Shown: piece after piece, positions 1 to 7,700 of the stretch | Layout of the letters: every line of letters begins with the position of its first letter | How positions within the stretch are numbered: position 1 is the first letter of the stretch | Virus record (IMG/VR): IMGVR_UViG_3300005077_000048 | Location: 1-38,172 of that record | Strand: one strand, 5' to 3' | Source: a virus | Length of the DNA stretch: 38,172 nucleotides | Notes under the pieces: model-generated | Told to the model about the DNA's origin: nothing | Databases searched by the model: none | Seen by the model: the letters and a program-made list of their open reading frames with translations, nothing else | Program-made: the position numbers and the translations under genes

Positions 1-99
1 GCGTATACGGTTCCCACATCCACCCAGTCGAGCACGCCCGATCCTATGGTGCCGAGCACCTGCCCGCTTGATCCTTGCGAATCTGGCATGGTAAGGGAG
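1..99. repeat. Terminal overlap copy 1 (identical to 38074-38172)
   Basis: Base-by-base comparison of gcgtatacggttcccacatcc...atctggcatggtaagggag at both ends. It lies inside a coding frame, so it looks like an assembly circularisation overlap rather than a physical terminus. Confidence 0.95.
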
Positions 100-1085
100 A
101 TGTTCGAGCTTAGTGAGTTCGGTCCTTGGAGCAGGATGTAGTTGTTTCCGCTCACGCCTTCCTTGAGCGCGATGCCTCCTCCGAAGTACCCGCCCCAGAA
201 CCAGTCGCCCACGCCACCGATGTCGGTGTTGAGGTTTGTGCCTGGTCTTAGGGAGCTGTCGTCGAAGTAGAATTGCTCGCCTCCAGTATCGATCGCGATC
301 TGGTTTGTGCCCACTCCATAGATTGCTCCAGACGCTATGCCGTCCGGTCGGTTGAACCCGATGAAGCCGTCCATGATGTAGGTTCTAAGGTTGCCTGAGT
401 CGTAGTGGTAGATGGCATTGTCGCTTCCGTTCATCTCTACCCGAGTCGAGCCTGAGCTTGTGCGGACCGTTCCTCCCGTGATCGTCACGCCGGTGATGCT
501 TCCTGCAGTCAGGTTCAGGGTGGTGATGGTGTTGGTTTGGATCTCGTTTGCGGTGATGCTGTTGGCCGCGATGTTGTCTGCAGTCAGGAGCACGCCCACG
601 CCTCCCTTGCCTCCGAAGGCTTGGAAGGTTGCGTCCTTTCCGCTTGCCACGTTTTGCGCTACCGCCACGAGGAGCTTGTTTACTCCCACCGCATTGGCGG
701 CCGTTGTCGTCGTCTGCAGTACGGTCGTTGATACGGCAAGGTCGAAGTATATGTAGGTGATGCCGGTCATGTTGCCGGTGTTGCCCGTCGATATGCTGTA
801 GGTCGTTCCGTCCTTGAAGCGAAGCGTGCCTGCGGACCATGAGACAGTATCGTTATCGAGGGCGCTGATCGTCCCGTCGAACATCCAGCCTTGTATTGAA
901 ATGTCGCCGAAGCCTGTGGCTACTTCGGCCTCTACGTCATCGAGTCGGAGCCCGTCGGTAGGCGAAAGCTCCGAGAGCTTGCTCGGCGCGTCCACGATGT
1001 CCTCCCAGAGAATAGCCTCCGGCAGAGGGTTCTCGTCGTAGGTCTCTGGCTCGTATATTTTTCTGTCTTCGATTTTCGTTGCCAT
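1..1085 (-). CDS. Tail fibre protein, N-terminal part of a junction-spanning 447-aa gene (continues at 38073..37815)
   Basis: ATG at 1085..1083. Hand translation (MATKIEDRKIYEPETYDENPLPEAILWEDIV...) stays open to base 1 and is in frame with the M at 89..87. Fibre-like motifs IAANSITANEIQTNTITTLNLTAGSITG and NISLTMPDSQGSSGQVLGT. Absent from the ORF track because it runs off the edge. Confidence 0.8.
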   Translation of the reverse strand, partial: MATKIEDRKIYEPETYDENPLPEAILWEDIVDAPSKLSELSPTDGLRLDDVEAEVATGFGDISIQGWMFDGTISALDNDTVSWSAGTLRFKDGTTYSISTGNTGNMTGITYIYFDLAVSTTVLQTTTTAANAVGVNKLLVAVAQNVASGKDATFQAFGGKGGVGVLLTADNIAANSITANEIQTNTITTLNLTAGSITGVTITGGTVRTSSGSTRVEMNGSDNAIYHYDSGNLRTYIMDGFIGFNRPDGIASGAIYGVGTNQIAIDTGGEQFYFDDSSLRPGTNLNTDIGGVGDWFWGGYFGGGIALKEGVSGNNYILLQGPNSLSSNISLTMPDSQGSSGQVLGTIGSGVLDWVDVGTVY

Positions 1086-1088
1086 AGG

Positions 1089-2528
1089 TTATATGCTGTT
1101 GTCGAAGGTGAATCCGATGTGCGCCGAGTCGACCTCCGGCCCGTTGTTTCCGCTCGGGGTAAGGGTGATCTGAATGTCCACTTTTTCGCCCTGTCCCTCG
1201 AGGTTGAAGATTCCCTTGGTCTCTCCCTCTCCGTCGATGGCGCTTCGCTCGTCGCTCATGGTGGTTGGCACCCATCCTTCGCTATCGTCTGCGGCCGCTT
1301 CCTGCGTGGTCACCTTCGTCGCTCGGTATTTGAGGCTCACTGAACAGCCTGCGGGCAGAGGTTCCGCGAGCAGGATCTTCACGGCTCGGTAGAGCTTATC
1401 CATGTTGCTCTTGCCCATGTTGAGCTTGAGCGACTCGTACACGGCCACCGCCTTATTGCTGTGGTCAATGACGTCTATGCCGTAGGTGCTTCCGTCCTTC
1501 CAGCTCACGTAGATGTCGGTGTCGTCGGCCGCGAGTGCGCCGATCTCCGTTCCCGTAAGTTTGCCGTGGCTCGGAATGTATTCGAGGTTGAGCGCGCGAG
1601 GGTCATTCAGGTCAAGCCTTCCGAGGCTGTATACCCCGTTCTTGGTCCCGCCGTTCATGCCGATGTGAGTGATGGTGTTGTATTCGCATACGGCTCCCGG
1701 GTATGCGCTTGCAGTGCCGGGTATCGTCGTTAATGGCACGGTGTCTCCGAAGTTCCAGTATTTGATCTTGCCGTCCGTTCCCACCTGCGCCATAACTCCC
1801 TGCTCGAGGAAGCCCATGGCGTTCACGCCGTTGCCTTGTGCGCTCTTCTTGCTGTTCCAGCTGTCGGCCAAGCGGTCCCATGTGATGAAGTTTCCTCCGT
1901 TCGGAACGTCTTTGGTGCCCGTAATCACGCGATCGTTTCGGTCAAGGAGACATTTCCCCTTGATTCCTGTCGGCATGCGGAGCGCGGCTGGGTTGAATGC
2001 GTCCTCGTAGTCGTACATCGCGAGGAGGTCCCCGTCATTTACGATCACGACGCCTATTGCCACGCGCATGGTGTGGTAATCGCCTGATGCGCCGTTGGTG
2101 AATGTTCCCACGTTGGTCACGTTCCCCGTCCATGTCCCGCCTGCGTTGGTAAGCGAGATGCGCTTCAGCTTGGTCTGCGTTGCGTAGAGGAGGTATGTGC
2201 CAGAGGTGCTCTTGAATTCGCACGCTCCGGTGATTTTCCCGTCGGCGTCGGTATAGACGAGCGCCCATGTGCCTGATGCCTTGCGGTATATCTTGCCCGT
2301 GTCGCCGAATCCGTAGACATTGCCGTCGGATCCTTTGAACATGGTGAGCACGAGGTCGGTCACCGTGGTTGAGCTGTCCTTCTTCAGCTTCTGGTTGCAC
2401 TTCAGTGTGTTGTTTTCCCTGATGTTGAGGCCGTAGCCGAATGCGAAAGAGCCCCGCACGCCTTTGGTTGCGAGTGGGCTGATGCCTCCGTTGAAGTTTT
2501 CTATTGATAAGATGTCGAGGTCATCCAT
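1089..2528 (-). CDS. Putative tail hub/nozzle protein (beta-propeller-like), 479 aa
   Basis: Long ORF 3 nt upstream of the fibre gene. Recurrent strand motifs (DGNVYGFGDTGKIYR, SGTYLLYATQTKL, DGKIKYWNF). Position after an adaptor-sized gene, as in podovirus tail modules. Confidence 0.5.
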   Translation of the reverse strand: MDDLDILSIENFNGGISPLATKGVRGSFAFGYGLNIRENNTLKCNQKLKKDSSTTVTDLVLTMFKGSDGNVYGFGDTGKIYRKASGTWALVYTDADGKITGACEFKSTSGTYLLYATQTKLKRISLTNAGGTWTGNVTNVGTFTNGASGDYHTMRVAIGVVIVNDGDLLAMYDYEDAFNPAALRMPTGIKGKCLLDRNDRVITGTKDVPNGGNFITWDRLADSWNSKKSAQGNGVNAMGFLEQGVMAQVGTDGKIKYWNFGDTVPLTTIPGTASAYPGAVCEYNTITHIGMNGGTKNGVYSLGRLDLNDPRALNLEYIPSHGKLTGTEIGALAADDTDIYVSWKDGSTYGIDVIDHSNKAVAVYESLKLNMGKSNMDKLYRAVKILLAEPLPAGCSVSLKYRATKVTTQEAAADDSEGWVPTTMSDERSAIDGEGETKGIFNLEGQGEKVDIQITLTPSGNNGPEVDSAHIGFTFDNSI

Positions 2529-2540
2529 AGCTTTGTTTGA

Positions 2541-3209
2541 TTATCCCCAGCGAGAGCTCTTGGCTGTGCCTCCCTCTCCCGATGGTCCTTCCGCTTCGAT
2601 CTGGTTCTTGATCTGCGCGAGAAGTCCGATTGTCGGATCCAATACCTCGAGGAGCTCGGCCTTCGCCTCGGCGTATTTCTTCGCTTTGCGGAGGCACGCG
2701 GCCAATGCAATGCGGACGATCGACTCGTCGAATTCTTCTGGTGTTATAGGCTCGTCGTCATCCACCAAGTCGGTGAGCGACTTCCAGCCCTTGAGCCCGT
2801 AGAGGCTCATCTCCTTATCGTTCTCTGGCACTGGGTAGAGGAAGAAGAAGCCATTGTGGTTCGTGAAGCATGGATCTGGGTTTGCCTCCTGCTTCCTTTC
2901 CTGAAACTGTTGCCAGTTCACTCGGCGTCTTCCCGCCTGCCCTTCTGGGTACTCTTCGCCTTCGATGTCGATCTGGTAGATCGAGTTCGGCTTGAAGCGC
3001 ACGACTCCTCCCGGGTAGTCGTAGTATTCACGGCTGTCTACGGTCTGCCGTTCGAGCGCCAGTTCGAGGAATGGCCAGCGGTAGAACCCACAGACTGTCT
3101 TGCCTGCGGAGTCGAGCCACGCTGTCTTCATCTCGGGCGTCCAGAACCCGCTCACGCTTGCGGCGCTGATGCGGTCGTTCAGGTCTTGTAGTAATTCTGC
3201 TTTAGTCAT
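2541..3209 (-). CDS. Virion structural protein, possible head-tail adaptor, 222 aa
   Basis: ORF in the tail module, with an 8-nt overlap with the upstream gene stop. No diagnostic motif recognised. Confidence 0.4.
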   Translation of the reverse strand: MTKAELLQDLNDRISAASVSGFWTPEMKTAWLDSAGKTVCGFYRWPFLELALERQTVDSREYYDYPGGVVRFKPNSIYQIDIEGEEYPEGQAGRRRVNWQQFQERKQEANPDPCFTNHNGFFFLYPVPENDKEMSLYGLKGWKSLTDLVDDDEPITPEEFDESIVRIALAACLRKAKKYAEAKAELLEVLDPTIGLLAQIKNQIEAEGPSGEGGTAKSSRWG

Positions 3210-4992
3210 GTGGGTATTTTATCTCATAATCATCCTCATCACCATGAGCTGGGTACTTCGTTCGCCAGAATGGTGCGAGTATTTTTGCGGTGATCGTCGC
3301 GGTGACCGAGAGGAGCTTGCCGACCTGCTTGCTCACTTCTGCAGTCACGGTTGTCGTTGCGTTCATCACCACTGCTCTTCCTGCCTCAAGCGATGCCGAG
3401 ACGTTCACAGTCGCCTCGAGCACCTTCGCTTGGATCTTGTCGATTGTCGCCGTGATGGCGGTCGACGCCTCGAGGAGTTTCCCCGGGATCTTCGTCAGGC
3501 TTGCGGCTATGGTAGTGGTTGCCCCGAGCGTCTTCGATAGGCCCTTAGTCAGGCTTGCCGTCACGTTCGCTGTGGCCTCAAGGATCTTGCTCGTGCTGAT
3601 TGTCTTGGTAAGCGTTGCGGTTATAGTCGAGGTCGCGTCGAGGAGCTTGCCTGGCACCTTGGTCAGTGTGGCCGAGATGTTGAGGCTTGCGTCTAGGTCA
3701 AGGAGGTATACCTTCGTCGCTTCGAGAGCCGCGCTCACCGTTGCGGTCACGTCGAAGGTCTTCGCCATCTGCTTGAACATCGACGCGGTCGCTGTTGCTG
3801 TGACGTTGAATGTCTGGGTGAGTTGCTTCAGGACCGATGCACTCACTGTTGAGGTGACTGCCATGGTCTTTGATACCTGCCGAATGAACGAGGCGGCCGG
3901 TGTCACGGTTGCCGTTACGGTCTGGTCGTACTGGGTTGTTGCCAGAGGCGCGATCGATGCCGCGATTCGTCCGTTGTTTGATTTGAGTCCTGTCCATTGC
4001 ACCGCCACCGATCCAGTGCTTACCGTTCCGTTGCTGTCTGCGTATGCTAGACCGTCATCGTAGTATTGCCTTAGTGTAGTGAGTGCTCCTGCAAGGGTCA
4101 CATAGCTTGCTCCCGGGGTATCGAAGTCGTTGTTGAATCCGATCGTTACGGATACCATCCAGCAGTTTGCGGCGGTTACGGTGACGTTGAATGATGAGCC
4201 ACCGTTTCCTTGTGCAGTTCCGTCCGGTACTCCGCTTTGTAGACATCCTGTGTAGCTTGCTACGATGCCTCTCATTTGGATGCTTCCCGAGCATGTGAAT
4301 ACCGTGTTGTTCGTTCCTGTAGCCGGAGCTATAAGGTATCGCATCTGGCCGGGAGCGTTGTTTGCTGTGTATGTGAAGTTCGAGCCGATTTGCGTCGTTC
4401 CTACTCCGTTGTATTCGACGCTCGTCCATGATCTTGTGTTGTCTTGAAGGACTCCTCCGGTGATGAGAAGTCTGTTTGATCCCGATGTGGTGTGGGATAC
4501 CGTAAGAGAGTTTGTCGTTCCAATGTTCTTACTGCTTGAGTCGTATGCGATCGCCCCTCCGATGAGCGGTGCGAGCATGCCGTTTAGGTCTCCTTGGAAG
4601 GAGAGCTTGAGTCCCAGCACCATCATCGTGAGGAATACCGGCTGTGGCATGAATCCGTACTGTGGCTTTGGCTCCCATGCTTCCTTCCATACCCTGCGGA
4701 CAATGCCTTCTGCGTGCGCTACGACGGCCTCCAGCGTGTAGAAGCTCCTGTGGACGTGTAAGTTCCCCTTCTCGTCCTTCCATGCCTCAGTGGTCGATTC
4801 ACAACGAATAGTGTCTCCTATCCCGTTCGGTCCGAATGCACGCCAGAAGACCACCTCCCATGCTCGGAAGATGTTGTGAGTCCAGTTGCCCTTTACCCAC
4901 TCGATGTCGCGCGGAAGGTACCTCTCGCGCCCCGTGATGAACGCCAGTATCTTTGGGAGTATCTTCCTCATTGGATGTACCTTTGTATTCAT
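3202..4992 (-). CDS. Tail fibre/spike-like protein with C-terminal 18-residue tandem repeats, 596 aa
   Basis: Thr/Ser/Ala/Gly-rich central domain. Eleven repeats of the type TK.PGKLLDATSTITATL at residues 370-571. Alternative start M8 at 4971. Confidence 0.6.
   Translation of the reverse strand: MNTKVHPMRKILPKILAFITGRERYLPRDIEWVKGNWTHNIFRAWEVVFWRAFGPNGIGDTIRCESTTEAWKDEKGNLHVHRSFYTLEAVVAHAEGIVRRVWKEAWEPKPQYGFMPQPVFLTMMVLGLKLSFQGDLNGMLAPLIGGAIAYDSSSKNIGTTNSLTVSHTTSGSNRLLITGGVLQDNTRSWTSVEYNGVGTTQIGSNFTYTANNAPGQMRYLIAPATGTNNTVFTCSGSIQMRGIVASYTGCLQSGVPDGTAQGNGGSSFNVTVTAANCWMVSVTIGFNNDFDTPGASYVTLAGALTTLRQYYDDGLAYADSNGTVSTGSVAVQWTGLKSNNGRIAASIAPLATTQYDQTVTATVTPAASFIRQVSKTMAVTSTVSASVLKQLTQTFNVTATATASMFKQMAKTFDVTATVSAALEATKVYLLDLDASLNISATLTKVPGKLLDATSTITATLTKTISTSKILEATANVTASLTKGLSKTLGATTTIAASLTKIPGKLLEASTAITATIDKIQAKVLEATVNVSASLEAGRAVVMNATTTVTAEVSKQVGKLLSVTATITAKILAPFWRTKYPAHGDEDDYEIKYPHD
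3280..3885 (-). repeat. Eleven degenerate tandem coding repeats (54-60 nt, 18-20 aa)
   Basis: Units IRQVSKTMAVTSTVSASV / LKQLTQTFNVTATATASM / FKQMAKTFDVTATVSAAL / ... / SKQVGKLLSVTATITAKI read from the ORF translation. Confidence 0.8.
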
Positions 4993-5000
4993 GACGCGGT

Positions 5001-5019
5001 GGAAGGACTCGAACCTTCC
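5001..5019 (-). other. Isolated tRNA T-arm-like hairpin (GGAAGG-TTCGAGT-CCTTCC)
   Basis: Minus-strand read GGAAGGTTCGAGTCCTTCC followed by ACCGCGTC then ATG 4992. No matching acceptor 5' strand or D arm upstream. Confidence 0.5.
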
Positions 5020-5037
5020 TGTCTGCCAGTGCCGCTT

Positions 5038-5063
5038 GAGACGACCAGGCGCCTGTTCGTCTC
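5038..5063 (-). other. Strong stem-loop 3 nt downstream of the 5066 stop codon
   Basis: GAGACGA-C-CAG-GCGC-CTG-T-TCGTCTC. No U tract, so not a canonical intrinsic terminator. Confidence 0.4.
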
Positions 5064-5065
5064 GC

Positions 5066-5437
5066 TTAGGCTACTACGACGTTGATCGTGAATGCGATCG
5101 AGTCGCCGTTGCCAAGCGCGATGCCTGTGAAGTCGCCGCGCACATACATGTTGCCAGAGGTAGATGCGTCGAAGAGACCGGCTTCCGCGATGGTCTGAGA
5201 CCCTGCAGAAGTGATGGTTCCTGTGACCCTATAGGTGTCGCCTGCTACCGTAGTCGTCTGTTGAGACTTCGTGCCGTTCACTCTCGCTTCTGCGCTTGGA
5301 GTTACCAAGGCTGTCTGAGTTGCGGCGGCCGCAGTCGTACCAGTTCCCCATCCGATGTAAGTCGGGCTGGTTAGCTGAGTGTTATCAAGAGCGTCTACGA
5401 GGAGCGCTTTGCCTGTGTTTGTAAATACTGTTCCCAT
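5066..5437 (-). CDS. Small virion structural protein (Thr/Gly/Ala-rich), 123 aa
   Basis: ORF in the structural block with CATATG start context. Motif IAEAGLFD...GNMYVRGDF. No firm family assignment. Confidence 0.45.
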   Translation of the reverse strand: MGTVFTNTGKALLVDALDNTQLTSPTYIGWGTGTTAAAATQTALVTPSAEARVNGTKSQQTTTVAGDTYRVTGTITSAGSQTIAEAGLFDASTSGNMYVRGDFTGIALGNGDSIAFTINVVVA

Positions 5438-5452
5438 ATGTTTGGTGTTGGA

Positions 5453-5668
5453 TTAAGAGCGGGGCTGGATGCTGGCTGATGCCGTACCCATCTCGCTCGA
5501 TGCTATGGTGCCGAGGTTCTCCCACCGACCAGTGAATGGGATGCGCTTCTTACCGAGCCAGAGCCAGATGCCTTTGGGGCACCAGTTCGGCTTACGGTCC
5601 CAAGCGATCCTGAACACGCGGGCCTCGATGCTTACTTTGGGCTCCGTATTTGCTCTTGCTTCGCTCAT
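5453..5668 (-). CDS. Hypothetical small protein, 71 aa (KPNWCP...W motif)
   Basis: ORF with GC-rich third positions like its neighbours. Shares a KPxWCP-W-rich motif with the unlisted 59-aa ORF at 16600..16779. Confidence 0.5.
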   Translation of the reverse strand: MSEARANTEPKVSIEARVFRIAWDRKPNWCPKGIWLWLGKKRIPFTGRWENLGTIASSEMGTASASIQPRS

Positions 5669-5670
5669 GG

Positions 5671-6219
5671 TTAGAACTGTGCGTCGTCACCTCCCCCGTT
5701 CGACTGATCGGGATCTGCGAGCTCGCGCTTTGCGCGGATCGCGGCGATGATGTCGGCGTTCTTGGTCGTGTCGTCCACGCCCTCTACGCCCTCGTTCTTG
5801 GCAATCTCGAGGAGGTCTGCTTTCGGCATGTTGGCTCGGAGCCCGTCGCCTGCCTTTGCTCCCTCTTCGTTGCTGTTCACCTTGGCCTCGCGTGCGGCGA
5901 GAGCGGCTTCCCGCTCCTTGAGCTCGCGCTCCTTGGTTTCGAGGTCCTTCATCCACTCACCTCGGTCCTTCACGACGTCTTGTACGTCATCTGGTACGCG
6001 AATGTATGTGGATCCGAAGCTCTTGTCGGCTTCTAGGAAGTCGATGAGCTCTTGGTCCGTGGTTTCGAACACTCCTTGATCGAAGCGAATGTCCTTACCT
6101 GGGACCGTCACGATGCGTCCTTCCACCTCTTTGGTGTATGACGGCTTGTACACGATACGAAGCGCGAGGAATCGCGAGATGTATCGTGCTGGTTTCGGAT
6201 TATGGTCTTGAGTAGTCAT
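5671..6219 (-). CDS. Hypothetical head-associated protein with C-terminal HeH/SAP-like motif, 182 aa
   Basis: Immediately downstream of the capsid gene. KADLLEIAKNEGVEGVDDTTKNADIIAAIRAKR resembles Rho-N/HeH helix-extension-helix motifs. Confidence 0.45.
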   Translation of the reverse strand: MTTQDHNPKPARYISRFLALRIVYKPSYTKEVEGRIVTVPGKDIRFDQGVFETTDQELIDFLEADKSFGSTYIRVPDDVQDVVKDRGEWMKDLETKERELKEREAALAAREAKVNSNEEGAKAGDGLRANMPKADLLEIAKNEGVEGVDDTTKNADIIAAIRAKRELADPDQSNGGGDDAQF

Positions 6220-6266
6220 ATCTTTATTTTGGTTGCTTATAATTTGCGGGTCTCACTTCGGCCCGG

Positions 6267-6324
6267 CCCTGCAGAGAAGAGGTCTCCTTCGTCCTCTCTG
6301 CAGGGTCGGTTTGACCCGACCTGC
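6267..6324 (-). other. Two overlapping GC-rich hairpins downstream of the capsid gene (terminator/RNA-stabiliser candidate)
   Basis: 6267-6305 CCCTGCAGAGAAGAGG...CCTCTCTGCAGGG (~14 bp) and 6300-6324 GCAGGGTCGG-TTTGAC-CCGACCTGC share GCAGGG. No U tract. Confidence 0.4.
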
Positions 6325-6346
6325 ATTACCGTTCGGTCGCTCGGGC

Positions 6347-7516
6347 TTAGAGAGAAGCCTTTGAAGCGATCGCGTGGCGGCTCTCCTGTTCGAACTGAAG
6401 TCCGACTTCAGAGAGGTACTCCTCGATCTTCTCGTCGTCACCATTGTCCTGACGGTCAGTCATGAGCTTGGTGTCTCGACCAGTGAGATAGCGGTAGGTG
6501 AGGGCTTCCATGTCCAGCACCACGCAGTAGTTGCCGTAGACAGAGCCTGTCAGCAATTCGTGCTTGATGATGTTCAAGGTGCCGTGAGCTGAGACGTATC
6601 GGGTGATCAAGATTCCATACGTCTTTTCAGACTGCATGATTTGAACCTTGTTCTTTGCCCATTGGTTGATCTGTGACACGAAGGCCGCAGATGCAAGCGC
6701 ATACTTCTCAGTGTTGCCGTAGCGGAAGGCATCCTCAAGGAAGGTTTCGAATTCAGCTTCAGTGTCGACGTTCGCCGTAGCGTAAGTCGTGATCTGAGGA
6801 ATTACTCCACCTGTGAAGCGCTGAGGCTTACCGTTGGCACCGGTGATCTTGGCTTTCTTTCCGAATAGGAAAGCTCGCTCAATGTCGACCATGTGCTCGA
6901 TACCCTTCTTGCGTCGCTGGTAGTCGAAGTCGTTCTCCTTGATGAATGTCTTGGTCGCACGGGACGTTTCAGTCACGCCGAATGGGGTTCGGAAGATCTG
7001 GCAGTAGCCAGTCTTCTCAGTAGCAGTCGTGCCTTTGATAGCACGGAGGCCCGCGCCTTCCTCATTCGCGTTACCGATGATCCAGATCGTCAGAGACGAT
7101 AGGTCTACGGTGCCTGTAGCGCCGCCAAGCTCGTTCGAGAGAGTGAGCGTGTCAGTCGATACGGCGGTCACCAAGAAGGTGTATCCGCTCGCAACGAACT
7201 TGATCACGTCGCCCACCGAGAAGTTGACGCCGGTTCCTGTGGCGACAGTAACCGAAGGAGTCGACGCAATGTTCTTCGAGGTGTTGCCTGATGCCGTAGC
7301 GCCCTCTCGGGTGCCGAAGGTATCTTCAAACCACTTGAACTCTGGGTCAGTTGTCTCCTTTTTCTTCAGGGACTTCTTCGCTTTGGTGACAGGGTCCATA
7401 CCCTTGACATTCGAAAGAATGGCAAGCATTGGGTATCTGCCAACATTGAGAAGGGATACTACGTCTGCGACGTCGTATTTACGTCCTGCAACATTTGATG
7501 TGTCGCGTGTACTCAT
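6347..7516 (-). CDS. Major capsid protein (HK97-fold expected), 389 aa
   Basis: Size and position directly after the scaffold gene. Own promoter-like element and a strong downstream hairpin. No paralogue. Confidence 0.75.
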   Translation of the reverse strand: MSTRDTSNVAGRKYDVADVVSLLNVGRYPMLAILSNVKGMDPVTKAKKSLKKKETTDPEFKWFEDTFGTREGATASGNTSKNIASTPSVTVATGTGVNFSVGDVIKFVASGYTFLVTAVSTDTLTLSNELGGATGTVDLSSLTIWIIGNANEEGAGLRAIKGTTATEKTGYCQIFRTPFGVTETSRATKTFIKENDFDYQRRKKGIEHMVDIERAFLFGKKAKITGANGKPQRFTGGVIPQITTYATANVDTEAEFETFLEDAFRYGNTEKYALASAAFVSQINQWAKNKVQIMQSEKTYGILITRYVSAHGTLNIIKHELLTGSVYGNYCVVLDMEALTYRYLTGRDTKLMTDRQDNGDDEKIEEYLSEVGLQFEQESRHAIASKASL

Positions 7517-7677
7517 ATGTGTTCATCGTTTTACTTGTAAAGGTTTCTCGGGTCGACCGGGGTTCTCTTTCCCCTATCTCCGATCACCGCACCGTTTTGG
7601 ATTTTCCGATGAGGTTGTCCTGCGCGGGCCTCTTGGGTCGCTGGTGGGTGTGCTCCACCACAGCTTTCGCTGATTTA

Positions 7678-7686
7678 ATTATAGCA
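7678..7686 (-). promoter_or_regulatory. Extended -10 element TGCTATAAT upstream of the capsid gene
   Basis: Minus strand reads TGCTATAAT in the 184-nt scaffold-capsid spacer. Weak -35 (GTGTAA) at 17 nt. Confidence 0.45.
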
Positions 7687-7700
7687 GAGGTCTTGACTTT

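Noticed and set aside
3280-3885. The tail-protein repeat array as the variable region of a diversity-generating retroelement.
   Set aside because: I could recognise no reverse transcriptase gene and no template repeat copy elsewhere in the genome.
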